Assembly (NCBI RefSeq): GCF_001194135.2
Contig: NC_068986.1
Location: 74,505,720 to 74,569,719, forward strand
From: Octopus bimaculoides
Lineage: Eukaryota
Length of the DNA: 64,000 nucleotides
Direction: 5' to 3'
Positions 50,446 to 63,908 of the stretch are shown here, piece after piece. The translations under genes and the position numbers were made by a program. A model generated the notes under the pieces. The model was not told where the DNA came from. It searched no databases and saw nothing but the letters and a program-made list of their open reading frames with translations. How positions within the stretch are numbered: position 1 is the stretch's first letter; each line of letters begins with the position of its first letter.

Positions 50446-52047
50446 AGTAGTAGTAGTAGAATTACTTCTGCTGGAAATGTATTTCGATCCATTGAACGCA
50501 TTCCTTCTATTTCATCAAGCTTTATTTTTAAGGTGGCTAAAATATTTTATATAAACCTTCATCCAGTAAAAACAATCAATTTTGCCTTTCTTCTTTTTTT
50601 GGATTGATGAAATAAGTACCAGTTAAGCGCTAGGGTCGATGAAAACGACCATCCCGCTCCCGCATAACCTCAGGTCTTGTGCCCATACTAGAAATATTTA
50701 ATGATATACAACAATTACGAAGGTTCTTTGTTTTTTAATGCTATGAAATAATTCCCTGAAACTTATCTGTTATAGCTAAGATATTTCACTGAAATGTTAC
50801 GTTAACATTGACAAAATTATTGCAAAAAAATAATTCGTTTTGCCACAAATATTACTAGCATTAACCCACATATTCATGAATGTGAAAGCTTTTATGAAGT
50901 TACTTGATTTTCTAGAAATAGCAGTAAATTCTCCTTTCAATTTGGCTGAAAGACACATCGTAATGATAAAAATAAAACATTGACGATATAAAGTGAAACT
51001 ATATTAAATTTTACAAATGTTTTCCATTAAGTATGTATTTATTTATAAGAAAAATGAAATAAAATAACAAGAAGAGTAATGTTTGCTATATGCATAATGA
51101 CTAAAATATTTCTTTTGTTATGCATGTATTAGAATATATTTATTAATTACAGTTAAAAGATATTTCAAATTTTAGAATAATGTAATAGGAAATTAATCGA
51201 TATTCAGTTTGTTAAATTAAATTTTTGAAGAAAACTTTTTTAAAACACTAATTCAATATGAAATAAAAGAATAAAACATCGCATGAATATTACGAGCAAC
51301 CAAAACATGTAAAACAGAGGGTTTATTTAAATTTCATAAGTTTTCTAATCCTATGTATTACAATTGTACTTTTACGTGCATTTTTTTTTCAACGAATAGC
51401 CAAATATGAATGAGAAATGCAAAATTTCTCGCGGAGAAGTACCAATAATACAACAGACTACAAGGAGACAGAGAATGAACGAAACAGAATAGACAAAAAG
51501 AAAAAAAAAAAGCAGTAAGCGAATGCTTAACGAAGCACGAGAACAACGAGCATCTCAGTTCAAAATACTGCACAAGCAAGCACGAGAACAACTTTCTCAA
51601 AAGCAGCAAGAACTCGTCTTAGCTCAAAATGCTGAACAACATTGAAGAGTAGAACAACAAACCTCTTAGGAACAAAGACAGCAATTGATTGTGTCAAACA
51701 GAATTAATCGTCAAATTAGACAAAAATGGCTTGTGAATGTTGCAAGACAGCCAGTCGTAGACTCAGCGCTAGAAATAGATGTCAGTGTAACCCGAGGTAT
51801 TTGTGGCTCAATGTACGTGAGATAGATGTTATCAATGTAGCGCACTAGTGTTCATGGAAGAGTTTAATGAAGGAATGTTGGCCTATTTTGAATTTAGAAT
51901 TTGCAGCGAAATCTGGTTTAATCCATATCTCTGAAGTATTAGATTTACTCAATGAAGTACATTAATGTTCATATTTGATTCACCAGAGGCAAACTATTTC
52001 ACAAAATACTTTTAATATTCTTAAGAACAAATTCAACAGCAGAAAGG

Positions 52048-52093
<46 letters not shown>

Positions 52094-52514
52094 GAGAGAA
52101 AAACTACAGATAAAGGGAGGGAAATGAGGCTGTATCTTTCTGTACTCATAATTCTCCTATAGTTTCAGAGTTAACAAGACTTATTGGTAATAATCCTTGT
52201 CTGTACGAAATAAATAGAAGCTGATACAATACAAAAAAAAAAAATGTTATTGAATTACCTACAGGTAAAATATCCGATGGCAAACACTTCAGAAGGATAA
52301 TATGTCTACATGCAATGAACTTGCAGTACTGATGCCAGGTAATGATTAGGAAACTCGTCAGTGGGTAAGAATGATCGTAAGTTTCAAGCAAACAACAATA
52401 AGCAATTTCTTCAAATACTTAATGATTTTCATCGAGCATTTGTCTCTATATGATGTATCCATGTTTTTTCTCGGTGGCTTAGATAGATGGCATCTCAATA
52501 TACTAAGCCAAAGA

Positions 52515-52728
52515 AGGCAGAATCGATAGCAGAATCGATAGCACGTCAAGCAAAATGCTTAGCGGCATTTCATCCGTCTATACGTTCTGAGTTCAAATTC
52601 AGCCGAGGTTGACTTTGTCTTTCATCATTTTGGAGTCGATAAAATAAGTACCAGTCCATCACTGGGGTCGATGTAATCGACTCACTCCTTCCCCGAAATT
52701 GCTGGTGTTGTACCAAAATTTGAAACAG
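52515..52728 (+). mobile_element. SINE family A inserted in the Helitron, 17 bp TSD
   Basis: TSD atatactaagccaaaga at 52498-52514 and 52729-52745. Confidence 0.92.
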
Positions 52729-53720
52729 ATATACTAAGCCAAAGAGGCGACGGAAAAGGAACATGTTTTCAGTTTTATTCTTTCGAATATTGAAGCTAGA
52801 TTGGATAATGTATTGTATCATAGACACCGTTTATTGCAAAAGTTTTGTAATGTGTTCGAAATAGTCAGCAGACCCTTCGAGTAGATTTGTACAATGGCCA
52901 GGCAGATAAAATCATTGGAGGTGATACTATCTGGAGTGGGAGATGATATGTTCTCCCAAATTCATTTACAAGCAGTCTAAAATATATGACAAAGCACGAC
53001 CAAGACACGGTGGCAATCGTAAGGAAATTATAAAATTAACATTTGTGACATTTACTTGCATCGAAAGAAGGAAAAAAATTACCAGAGGATTTGATGCAGA
53101 TCAAACTTCCACTGAGTGCCCTGATATAACAACATGAGTTTTCAAACTGAAGCAACAGCAACTTCACAAAATTTCAGATCTGGCGCTTTGGAAATTTAAT
53201 GGCTATGTGAGTCCAATTAGAGTCAATGCGTAGTTTTGCATACTCAGCCAAATATAAGATTTCTAAATTTTTTTAGCAACAATAATTTTGTAGCATTGAA
53301 TCAGGTGAAGCACTTTGCAAAATGGCGCAGGAACTTGACGAAGGAAAGATTCTAACTTTATTAATAATGACACACTTTTCCCAGACACCATTTTCCGTCA
53401 TTCCTAAATTCAGAAAGATTTGGTTCAGTTTGTATATCCCGATGTATCACCTCACTTTAAAAATGGACAACAGATATCTTCAAGAGCTATTTTAAAATCA
53501 CCAAACAACAAAAACAAAAACAAAACAATGGAGTTGATCAGCTAAACAAAGACATTTTGAATAAACTCCGAAAAAGTGATGACACTAAGAACGGTTGACT
53601 CGATGGTAGAAGAAATTCAGCTTGTTTTTTTTTTATGATGCAGTTTTGGAATTCATTAAATATAAGCGGTCCGCATCCTCATATCGTCAAAATCAAGATA
53701 AAAGATCCTCTAACGTTTCT

Positions 53721-53952
53721 TATTTTTTATTGCCCACAAGGAGCTAAACATAGAGGGGACAAACAAGGACAGACAAACGGATCAAGTCGATTACATCGAC
53801 CCAGTGCATAACTGGTACTCAATTTATCGACACCGAAAAGATGAAAAGCAAAGTCGACCTCGGCGGAATTTGAACTCAGAACGTAACGGCAGATGAAATA
53901 CCGCTGAGCATTTCGCCCGGCGTGCTAACGTTTCTGCCAGCTCGCCGCCTTC
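53721..53952 (-). mobile_element. SINE family A (ccttgtgggcaataaa-tail subfamily) inserted in the Helitron, 11 bp TSD
   Basis: CpG-intact copy; TSD ctaacgtttct (53710-53720) / ctaatgtttct (53955-53965). Confidence 0.92.
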
Positions 53953-56092
53953 CACTAATGTTTCTCCTATACTTAGACCACAGAAAAGGCCACTGAAATT
54001 GTAGACGATACACAGTCCTTATCGCTACTGACAATATACTGACTGCCAGCAAACTTAGCAGCTCTGATGCAGGAATGGTGCTAATGGTTCTTTGGATTTC
54101 TCTTCAACTATCATCTTCCTTTCTCACTGATTTCCCATTCACTTTAAGAAGATTGTAATTCCTTATAAGCTCTGCTTTTGTTATGTCGATAAATAAGCAT
54201 CAAGTACAAAGTTTAAAGAGGTGAGAATTGTATCTTTCAACTCCAGTGTTCAAACACGGACAATCATATATTGCTATCAGTAGAGTAACTGATCCAAAAG
54301 TCGGAGAATATTTGCAGATCAAAAAGAACGCAACCACACAGCCAGGAAGAGACATCATAAGGATGAAAACAGAAGCTTGACTAGGAATACTGTTTATGGA
54401 GAAGTCATCTAACTATTAATATTATATAATATGTATAATGAGCTTTCAGAATATGAAATGAAATCCTTTAAAAATAATCGCTTTTATTTAAACAATCACC
54501 AAATAAAGCTATGGTGAAATTCGTTCCATCAGAGACCATCTTGTCTTTTTTGTTGTTTAGTATGATGGTGACTATCATCAAGTAGACCTAAAATCAATAG
54601 CGTTCTAGAAATGAACATCCCGTTTTTTTCTGGCATAGTATACTAAAGTTTGCGCTATCAACAGTATAGTTGTATGGTTAAGAAGTTTGCTTCCATTCGT
54701 AATGCCTCATAATATTGGATGGATTGTATCTGTAATTCAAATAACTAATCTTGTCGCACATTGTCTCACTGGTTCTCGAAAATTTATGTTAAGGTTACAT
54801 GTGTTTGTGAAATAAACATTCCGTTCTTAAGTCTAGCATTGTCACACAATATATTATATTAATTCTGACTGAGGAATATGTTAAAGGTTCAACAGTACTT
54901 GGTATACTCAGTCATTTATGTTATAATTCCAATAGATAACTTCGGCCGAATTACTGGAATATTCACCTTTGGAACTAACGGAGATCTTTTTACATTTTTT
55001 AAAAAAATCTAAAATGTATTTTCTGTTTTGAGACAGAAGGATGTGATTTAAAGGTGATTTGGTTGCTATTTCTTTTAAGCCGAGCGATAACTAGGCATGG
55101 ATGACCATTTCAAGAGGCGGCTGCATGAGCCATGATTCATCATCAAGCGAGCCGCACTACTAAAATAATTCAAGGTAATTTTTCGCTAGGAGTGTCATAG
55201 GAGAGTCTCGCGGGCCACAGTTTACCCATGATTTATATAGACACTTCTTTGGTACGACATACAAATTATAACATATTTAACTGCAACGGTAAGGAAATGT
55301 CGTGACTTCCATGCAATTTTCAAAATGACTCAAGTCAATGCTTGAAGCTAACTGTACTAGTATAATATGTCTTGTCCACTATCAAACGACATCTGAAGTA
55401 AATGAGAAATCCTACACAATGCATTAAGTCTCTCTCACTGTTATCACACTTATTGTATCTTGACATTCTCATCAAATGCTTTTACTAATTAAATCCATGT
55501 TGGAAGGAGTCAAGCCGTAGCTGTCTCATCTGAATTTATCACTACTATAAAAGCAAGTAGACAGATGCGTTATGCTTACGAACGTACTGAACTCCATTTG
55601 AGAATTGGGCTAGTAGCGGCATTGTTAAAGCTTCTTCCAATAACAAGCGAAGCCAATTAAAGTATTTGGCTGGTGTTTGTTTAATTGTTCAATATTGTAC
55701 TACAATCTATTACAGTATCATTCGAGATGACACGACTGTTAGACTTGAACCGAACACAGTATTGGTTTATTGCTTGTTATGATACTGGGCAGTAGATATC
55801 GACTGTTACAACAGAATACTATATGTTACAATAGAATAATTTATTTCAAGACAGTGCGCGCTTTATTGTGAGCTGAAATCTATTTATTAAGCATTCCGAC
55901 AAGTGGAATTGAAACGAAGCCTACGCATTCATAAGAAAATGGCAATATTGGCGTTGTGTTTGCCTCATTTGGTGGTGTTAGAGGTAGGGAATAAATTGAA
56001 AATCAGAATCGAAACTGCATATCTCCCAGATGATTAGCATTTGTTGTACAGTATTCATTAAATCTATTAAGAATATATCACAAAAATGGAAC

Positions 56093-56500
56093 GGAGTAGC
56101 AGAAACTATTGCAGTGGGAAGGACTAAATGCGGTGGAGTAGCAGAAACTATTGTAGTGGGAGGGACTAAGCGAGGCGGAGTAGCAGAAACTACTGTAATG
56201 GGAGGAGCAGATGATATATGGTGTAGAAGAAACTTCTGTAATGGGAGGAGCAGATGATACATGGTGTAGCAGAAACTACTGTACTGGGAGGGACTAAGTG
56301 AGGTAGGGCAGCAGAAACTACTGGGCCAAATGAGGTGGAGAAACAGAAATTACTGTAGAAGGCGGGACTAAATTATATTGAATGGCAGAAATTACAACAG
56401 TGGGTGGAACTACATGAATTAAAGCCATAGAAACTGCTGTAATGGGCGGGATAAAATTAGGTAGAGTACCAAAAATTACTATAGTGGGAGAGACTAAATG
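56093..56500. repeat. 42 bp minisatellite, ~10 progressively degenerate units
   Basis: Unit ggagtagcagaaactattgtagtgggagggactaagcgaggc; one unit shortened. Confidence 0.88.
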
Positions 56501-56508
56501 CATTACAG

Positions 56509-56871
56509 TGTAGTAACGCCGTGCGCATGCGTAGTCTCACGCATGCGTGGAATTAAACAACCAAGCGTTCCCGCTTCTATTCTATCTCTTTTTCGGTCGG
56601 CCGGCCATGAGCATGGACGTGTCAAGCAGTGTCTCCAACATTCCAACTCTGGAGACAGTCTCTTTACGTGTTTAGCTGTCTCTCTTCATCTTTCGAACTT
56701 ACGCTCGACAGCTCGCTTACATCTACATACCAAACGTCCCAACAACAATGCTCACACACACAGAAGCTGTAACAACAAACAAGAGCTAAAGATGTATATA
56801 TTTACCACCTGAATAAATGTTGTTTAAGTTGATAGTCCGGAGTTCAGCGTTCCGTTATATTCTTAATTTTA
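56509..56871 (+). mobile_element. Probable solo LTR
   Basis: Starts TGTAGTA, ~360 bp, CpG-rich 5' part, AATAAA at 56812-56817. The 3' end is TA rather than CA, and the candidate TSD tacag/tatag has one mismatch. Confidence 0.45.
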
Positions 56872-59107
56872 TATAGGAAAGTCAGGTATACATCTAATAA
56901 TGTATAACCAACTTTCCTATAACAGTATTTTGTTTCGTATCTCTAAGTTCTAAGTCATAATAACCACCAGACATGATATTGCATTTCATACATCTGCGTT
57001 ATATGAAATTAATATGAGGCATACACCTTGGTTTGTTTAACTAATTATGCAACAACCCGTTAAAATAAATAATCAAAAATCATTCTTCTCCTCGCCACAT
57101 TATCTATTTTAATTAACCGAGATTTCAGTGCATCAGCGTGTTTAGAATAATATTACGTCTTCTTGTTATTTGAGTTACCTAGCTTGACTTTGTTTAGTTG
57201 TTTAGTTGTTCTAATCAACCATCCTGCAATGTTTATCTCACCACAACACAGGTATCATTAGGATTAATTAAAGCTAAAGTCTGACCATATTAAGTGTGTT
57301 GGCGCTTAATTATCTACAAATGCATAGTCTTGTGCCAATATAAGAATGCATAGTCTTGTACCAATTAATATTTCCAGCTATAAAGGTATCACATTCCTAT
57401 ATAAGATATCGTTTTGTTTTCTTTTCATATAAAGCAAATAAGTAAAAGTTGCTACCAAACTTTCCTGAATACACAGGTGACTTCCTCTAATCCAAACTCT
57501 TTCTAGTTCCATTCACATTTGCAAATTCTAGTTATGTCTATAAACAGCAAACAAATCTCTGTTGAAAATTTCATAAAACATATAACACAGTCTGTTTAGA
57601 TTTGACTTGTGTTGTTACCTATGGCGACATCTATTTGTATTTGTTTCGAATAAATATATACGATGTTATTCGTTTTCACAGTATTACAGTGTATCGTATT
57701 CTTTACTGTCATCGTTCATTGTTCTTCACAATTCAAAACTAACTTCCGAGCCTCTGGCGACGTTATAGTTGCCATTTGATTTAGTTGACGATGTAGAGGA
57801 TGACAACGACCAGACGATAATGATGATAAAGATGATCGTTATCATTTTATTGAGAAATGAATGAGTGAATGTATGAGCAAAAGTATATAGTGAATTTGTA
57901 AGTAGAGAAGAAGTTGTGGCTTATATTATGGCTAACATTGTCAATTGATTAAAGGAGGCTTGTGTAGACTATATTGAGGTCCAATTTGACCTGAACATGT
58001 CCATAGTTTTTCTCCCTCAACTGTAACAAACATAAGATTTCCCCTTAAATATGTCAAATTAATTTTGTGAAATTAAATCTTAATTTCTTAAAATTATCTC
58101 CCCTTTTCTTTGAGAGTCGTCAACAATTACCGCTAGACTTGTTGATTTCTTTCTCCTACTAAGAGGAACATATCAATTAATTGAGAATTTTTTGCGTACA
58201 TTACTGAGTAACCTCTTAACTTATATAGGAAAGACATCTAAGGAGTTACACACGTCCGCATTGATATTGATAAGTTATCTAATTGCTTAGCTCAGCAGGT
58301 TTATTAATTGAACTGAAAAGAGAATGAAGCCGTTCGGAGCAAACGACTGTCTGCAGAAAGAAGATGTCTTCGGATTTAGCTATTAGTGAACCTGTGAGTG
58401 TGACTCTGTGTATGTGTGTGTGTGCGCGCGCGCGTACGTGTGTGTGTGAGTACGTGCGTGTGTCCGTGCGTGTGTGCGTGCATGCGTATAGATTATTGAT
58501 ATGGGTAAGGTAAGAGAAAGCTGGGATGGAAATATAGGAAGATAAATGGAAAGTAAAGTCAGGAAAAAAAAAAGAGAAAGAAAATACGAAAATGAGAGAG
58601 AGAAAGAGAAAGAGAGCGGTGGTGTTGGAGAAAGTGCGTGAAACAAAGAGGAAGGAGCGAAGAGAGAGAGAGAGAGAGAGTAAAAGAGAAATAGAGGTAG
58701 AAGAAGGAGAAAAGCGTGATTGATGTTTTCCACTATTCCAGTATGAAACCAATGATATATTATAACTCACTGCTAGCAACATTCCCAGACTATAACAAAT
58801 ATAAATGAATTGAACAACACAGTCGTTGCTGCAGTCATTGGCTTTGCAAGTAAACATTTTCATTCAGTTATACAGAAACTCTTTTATTTTTCCGTTCTCT
58901 TTTACAACCTCTGCTGCTTACGAAAGCAGAAATTAATTATACGCAAATCCTCTTTGCATTTCTGGAAATAAATCAGTCCGATGATTATTAGTTTTGCTAT
59001 GACAGACACCACAAAAGCTGCTATTAATTGTCATTGTTCTTCTTCTTTCTGATCTTGCTGTCGTCGTGGTGGTTGTTGTTGTTGCTGCTGTTACTGCTGC
59101 TGATGAC

Positions 59108-59142
<35 letters not shown>

Positions 59143-62100
59143 GACAAAGACAGAAATATTTCGAATCCTTATCTACACCTATATTACATTTTGACATGCC
59201 TACATAAGTGTGCCCCTAACTGACTTTGTTTCCTCATGACTTTCAGAAAAAAAAGCATCTACAAATACGTTTCAGATCACATGTATATTCTGATTATATT
59301 AGAATTTGTTGTGTAAAAGTTTTTTCCAAAAAAGTGTGGTGGTGGTGGTGGGGGGGAATTCGGAAAGTTCACACGAATCAATTTTGTTTCCTTCGAACTT
59401 TCAGAAAAATGGGTATCAATTTTACGAAATTTTCTACAAATTCCTCTCAGTTGGTGTAGATTACGATTATATCGGAGTTAATAGGATAAAAAAAAATATG
59501 GCCATGCACACATACATACTGGCATGCATCACACATATACCTACAAAAGGAAACTAGAAATTTTTAAAAAAAGCAGATTTATGATGTGTGTCAGTGTGTA
59601 CGTGAGCGCACACATCAATTTTTTTTTTCATATTAAATTCCGAAATAATCGTAATTTACACCATCTGAATGGTATTAACAGAAAATGTCATAAAAAATAC
59701 CTATTTTTCTGAAAGTTATGAGGAAACAAAGTCGGCGAAGGACACACTTGTGTAGGTATGCATATATTCCCACCGTATTTTAGAGAATTTTAGTTACCAA
59801 TCTAGAATTGTCATTCATTTTGCTGTTATTTTGAATGCAGATCAGCCCTGGTCTTGTGGGATCATTCCATATTGTCTTGTTCGCTGCTTTTTAAAGAATT
59901 CGAATTTGTATTTGATGTGAACTGACGAAGCAGTCGTTAATTATACCATACTGTGGGTACTTCACAACAAATCTTACTGACTTACAGCCAAGTGGAGTGA
60001 GCTGCAGATCAGAGTTCTTCTTCTTCTTCTTCTTCTTCTTCTTCTTCTTCTTCTCCATCATTTCTTAAGGAATGAAATAAATGTGTATGGAAAGTTCCAA
60101 TAATTGTCCAGAACTAAATGTCCCAGCGAGACTGTAGATTCCATTTTTATATGAGCCCGGTACTATTTTATTTATATCATAGTAAAAAAAATGGAAAATT
60201 AGTACAATTAACTCCTGTGGGATTGGAACTCAGAACTGTACACTACTAACAGAAAAATCTGCCAACTTAATCAGCCAAATTCAATTCGCTCTGAAGTTCC
60301 ACCAATTAAACTCCCACCTTGTTGTTGCTGTAATTCCTTTTTGTCGATGATGATGATTATGGCTGTTGAATCTGTAAAATCAGTTGCAATATGTATCTTC
60401 CAGTCAAGCTGTTTGATAGACCATTCCAATACACATTGCAACGTTTTATACATTTAAGCTGTTTTTGACAGAGTAAATATATATTAGGCGCTTTCAATTG
60501 TATTTGTAAAGATATGGAAACTGACAAAACGCAGTTCTTTGCAACAAGACTACAACTGCTTCCATCCATTCCCCTACCCCGCCACTGTCTCCAATACCAC
60601 CATTGTCTTCACACTGTGTCCGCCACCACATCCACTGGCATCAAAGCTTGTTTAATCGCTCTTTGAATAAGGCTCTGTCACAAAACTTACGAAATCATTG
60701 TCAAAGTAAATGTATTTAGTCTAAGATAGTCTGAAAACGCCAAACTATTGGCGTTCTCTTACATTGCTGCCATATTCTAATCACATTTTGATGTTACCTT
60801 CCTTCTTATAAATCGGTTCTAATCATAAATGAAGAACTATCTATACAGAAAATGCTACAAGAATTATATAATTGAAATGTCTTATTTTCCGTTTTCTTTC
60901 ATGTTTCTTCTTTTTTCTTTTTAGTTTTCTATTTTTTCTTTTATTGTTCTTTCCTTTCCTTTCTTTATCGCTTTTCATTTCTTCTTTTTCCTTATTTATA
61001 CAATTTTTTCTAGATTTTTTTTCTTTCACTTGTCTTTATTTTTCTTTCTTCCCATCCATCTACATCATCATCCATCCATCCATCCATTCAACGTTTCCTT
61101 TATGTGTACAACATGCATTGTTCACTGCTTCTCAGTGGAAGTGTCTCACTGGAGCTGCATTAATACATCAATGAAACGTGCCTCTATTTTACTTTATTAA
61201 GTTACAAAGTGGAAAAAATATGCACACGTAAGCACACACACACGCACACACACAGTCGCATACATACGCAGAAAGCAATGAAGAGTGAAACTTGATGCTT
61301 ACTGTTAACTTACTACTCCACCTCAAATTCCTGTGCACTCACAAATAAATGCACTTCATTTACCTGACTACTGATACGAACATACACAATGCAAGCATGT
61401 GATCTAATGTAGCTTTCTGCTGTGCACTTGTGACATTTATATCTTTCGTTATGAGAATAACATCATAAGCGAACTGACTGCTACGTTGGATCGAAACTTG
61501 ATTGAGAGTAAATTTAAGTTAATCGTTCAAGTTATATCACCTAAAGTTATTTCTCCACTAATGTCTTTAAAAACATAACTAACTTATTCGTTGTTTTTCC
61601 TATGATATTCATTATCTTCGATCTTAGTTCTACTCCCTAAGATTTCGAAGTATTGAATATGTTTAAGAAAAAAAAATACTACAGCCATATTTTGAATGGC
61701 AATTGGTTGAGTCGATGGGGACATTGACGCTGTGGCGTGAACTTTACAAAGTGACTTAAAACTAAACATAAGCAGAAGGAGCATTGGGTAATCAATGGTT
61801 TTAATATCTTCAGGCCATGAAGATAAGGATAAAACTTGAGCTATAACTGTGTAGTTGTACATTTCACTTATACCTTGTTCCTATATTTTCCATCCTGCAA
61901 AGAAATAGGTTCCGCCTGAGATACATTAAAAGGTGCAATCATTTCAGGTACTTCAAAAATCCTAGGTTTTACAACATTCAAAGTGCATACTTCATGAGGT
62001 TAAAAGTGAATAGTTGTTATACACAAAGCGTTTGCTCCAATAAAGGAAATCTATTGAAGTGCTTACACTTTATGAAGAGAACTGTACATCAATAGGGCAC

Positions 62101-62247
62101 CAACTTTATTGAATTTTGTGGAGTGTAATGGTGGTTGTTGCGTTTGATCCATTGTGAACTGGTTTAGTGTAGGTGTGGGTCAATGGAATTCAACTTAGTT
62201 ATTCACGCTTCCGGATTGTATCAAGTTATGTTATTAGGTTAAACTAA

Positions 62248-62464
62248 GGCGGCGAACTGGTAGAATTGTTAGCATGCCGGGCGAAATGCATAACGGTATT
62301 TCGTCCATCTTCACGTTGTGAGTTCAAATTCCACCGAGGTCAAATTCCACCTCTCATCCCTCCGGGGTCGATAAAATAAGAACCAGTTGGATACTGGAGT
62401 CGATGTAATCGACTAGTCCCTCCCCCAAAATCTCAGGCCTTGTGCCTTTAGTAGAAAGGATAAT
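62248..62464 (+). mobile_element. SINE family A
   Basis: ggcggcgaactggtagaattgttagcatgccgggcgaaatg...gagttcaaattccaccgagg...gtcgatgtaatcgac. Confidence 0.9.
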
Positions 62465-62974
62465 TAGGTTAAAATCAATTATAACCTCAATGACTGAAAC
62501 CAGCAATAGAATGATAAAATCTGAATCATAAATCAGCATTGTGCATCCTAAAACATTTTTTTCACCCTTAGAAGATCCTTAGTGCGAATATGAAATACAG
62601 CTCACTTGACACTATCAAGGGGTTCTGCGGTTGGTAAAAGAAAGGGAGGTAGTTATTCTCAGAGTAGAGACTTGTCCGAATATGTCGTTTGGTTTAATAT
62701 CATCGCATAGTGCCTAGGAATCTGATGGTAACAAATTGAGTCTTCTACCCAAAAGCAGGAACAGTTCCTTAGACAGTCTTCCACACAGTCACTGCCTATT
62801 CCTTCACAAGGCGTTGATCAGCCCAAGGTGTCGCTTCATAAGATCGAGCTCGAAACATCGTGGTTGCGAAGCGAAATTTAAATCACACAGTCACACCGCT
62901 GCCCATTTGAAACAAAAATAAAAGCTTCTTTCGAATGTTGAAATATTATTGTAACCAATTGTAATAGTGATGGT

Positions 62975-63006
<32 letters not shown>

Positions 63007-63111
63007 CAGCAGCAGCAGTAGTAGTAGCAGCAGCAGTAGTGTTAGTGCTAGTATTAGTATTAGTAGTAGTGGTAGTAGTAGTAGCAGCAGCAGCAACAAC
63101 AGCAGCAACTC

Positions 63112-63186
<75 letters not shown>
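62975..63186. repeat. Compound (AGC)(AGT)(ATT)(AGT) microsatellite
   Basis: Read directly; explains poly-A/V/L ORFs 62878-63192 and 62967-63362. Confidence 0.92.
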
Positions 63187-63187
<1 letters not shown>

Positions 63188-63539
63188 TTCATTTCTCTAT
63201 ATAATAATAAGCAATATAAATGTTTGTTGGGTGGCTGGTTGGTTGGTTGGTTGGTCTAATGATCTCCAGTGTCAAGCGTCACATCTTATAGAAAGAAGGG
63301 GGACAAAACAAAAGAGAGATACAGTGAGAGTTAACATAAAGAGTGCAAGAGAATGCACATAAGAGACTTGGCGGCAGGCAAAGAGTAAAAGAATGCCACG
63401 CACACATACACACGTACACACAGATAGTAAGATAGAAAGAATCATAGGGACAGAGGAGGAGGAGGAGGAGGAGGAGGAGGAATAAAAGACAGTTGTTCTA
63501 GGAAGAGTTATACAAACGAAGAATTTTTTTAATATAGTT

Positions 63540-63724
63540 TTTTTATTTTAAGTTATATATTTTTACATTATTTACATTTCATGGATATTTGTCCTCATCT
63601 TGTTTGTTGTTAACACAACATTTCGGCTAATAGACCGTCCAGCCTTCATCAGGTGTGTTGAGGAAATTTCGAACCGGAGTTATCATTCATAAGGTATTTT
63701 TTGATGTTATTATTATTATTATTA

Positions 63725-63783
<59 letters not shown>

Positions 63784-63908
63784 TCAGGTCACGGCATATG
63801 GCATATTCAGGTCACGAGCATATGGGGTAGTGTTTAAGAGCGCGGGCTACTAGCCCCAAGATTCCGAGTTCGATTCCAGGTAGTGACCTGAATAATAATA
63901 ATAATAAT

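Larger units (their letters stand above)
51400..54415 (+). mobile_element. Helitron RepHel remnant (Zn finger, Rep, PIF1 helicase), heavily pseudogenised
   Basis: CGSM...CxxCSAL (~51800); CNELAVLMPGND (~52310); LPNSFTSSLKYM...QDTVAIVRK...FVTFTC (~52950-53060); FWNSLNISGPHPH (~53645); FPFTLRRL...FVMSINK...FKHGQSYIAISRV...RNTVYGEVI* (54130-54412). Confidence 0.85.

Noticed and set aside
55090-55165. gcggct...agccgc-actactaa as the Helitron 3' hairpin
   Set aside because: Only a 6 bp stem with a ~45 nt loop; atypical and within chance.
37930-56500. CRISPR-like interpretation of the 45 bp and 42 bp arrays
   Set aside because: Contiguous degenerate units with no unique spacers, no cas genes and a eukaryotic context.
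58288-58393. Possible first exon MSSDLAISEP|gtgagt on +
   Set aside because: Ten codons, no recognisable homology and no convincing downstream exon.
5749-63837. Low-complexity ORFs (poly-I/Y, HT, CV, L, A)
   Set aside because: Translations of microsatellites, not genes.
26251-63890. tRNA genes suggested by A/B-box-like sequences (e.g. 26290-26348, 50380-50445, 63818-63885)
   Set aside because: They run directly into SINE bodies and lack a complete acceptor stem, so they are SINE heads.
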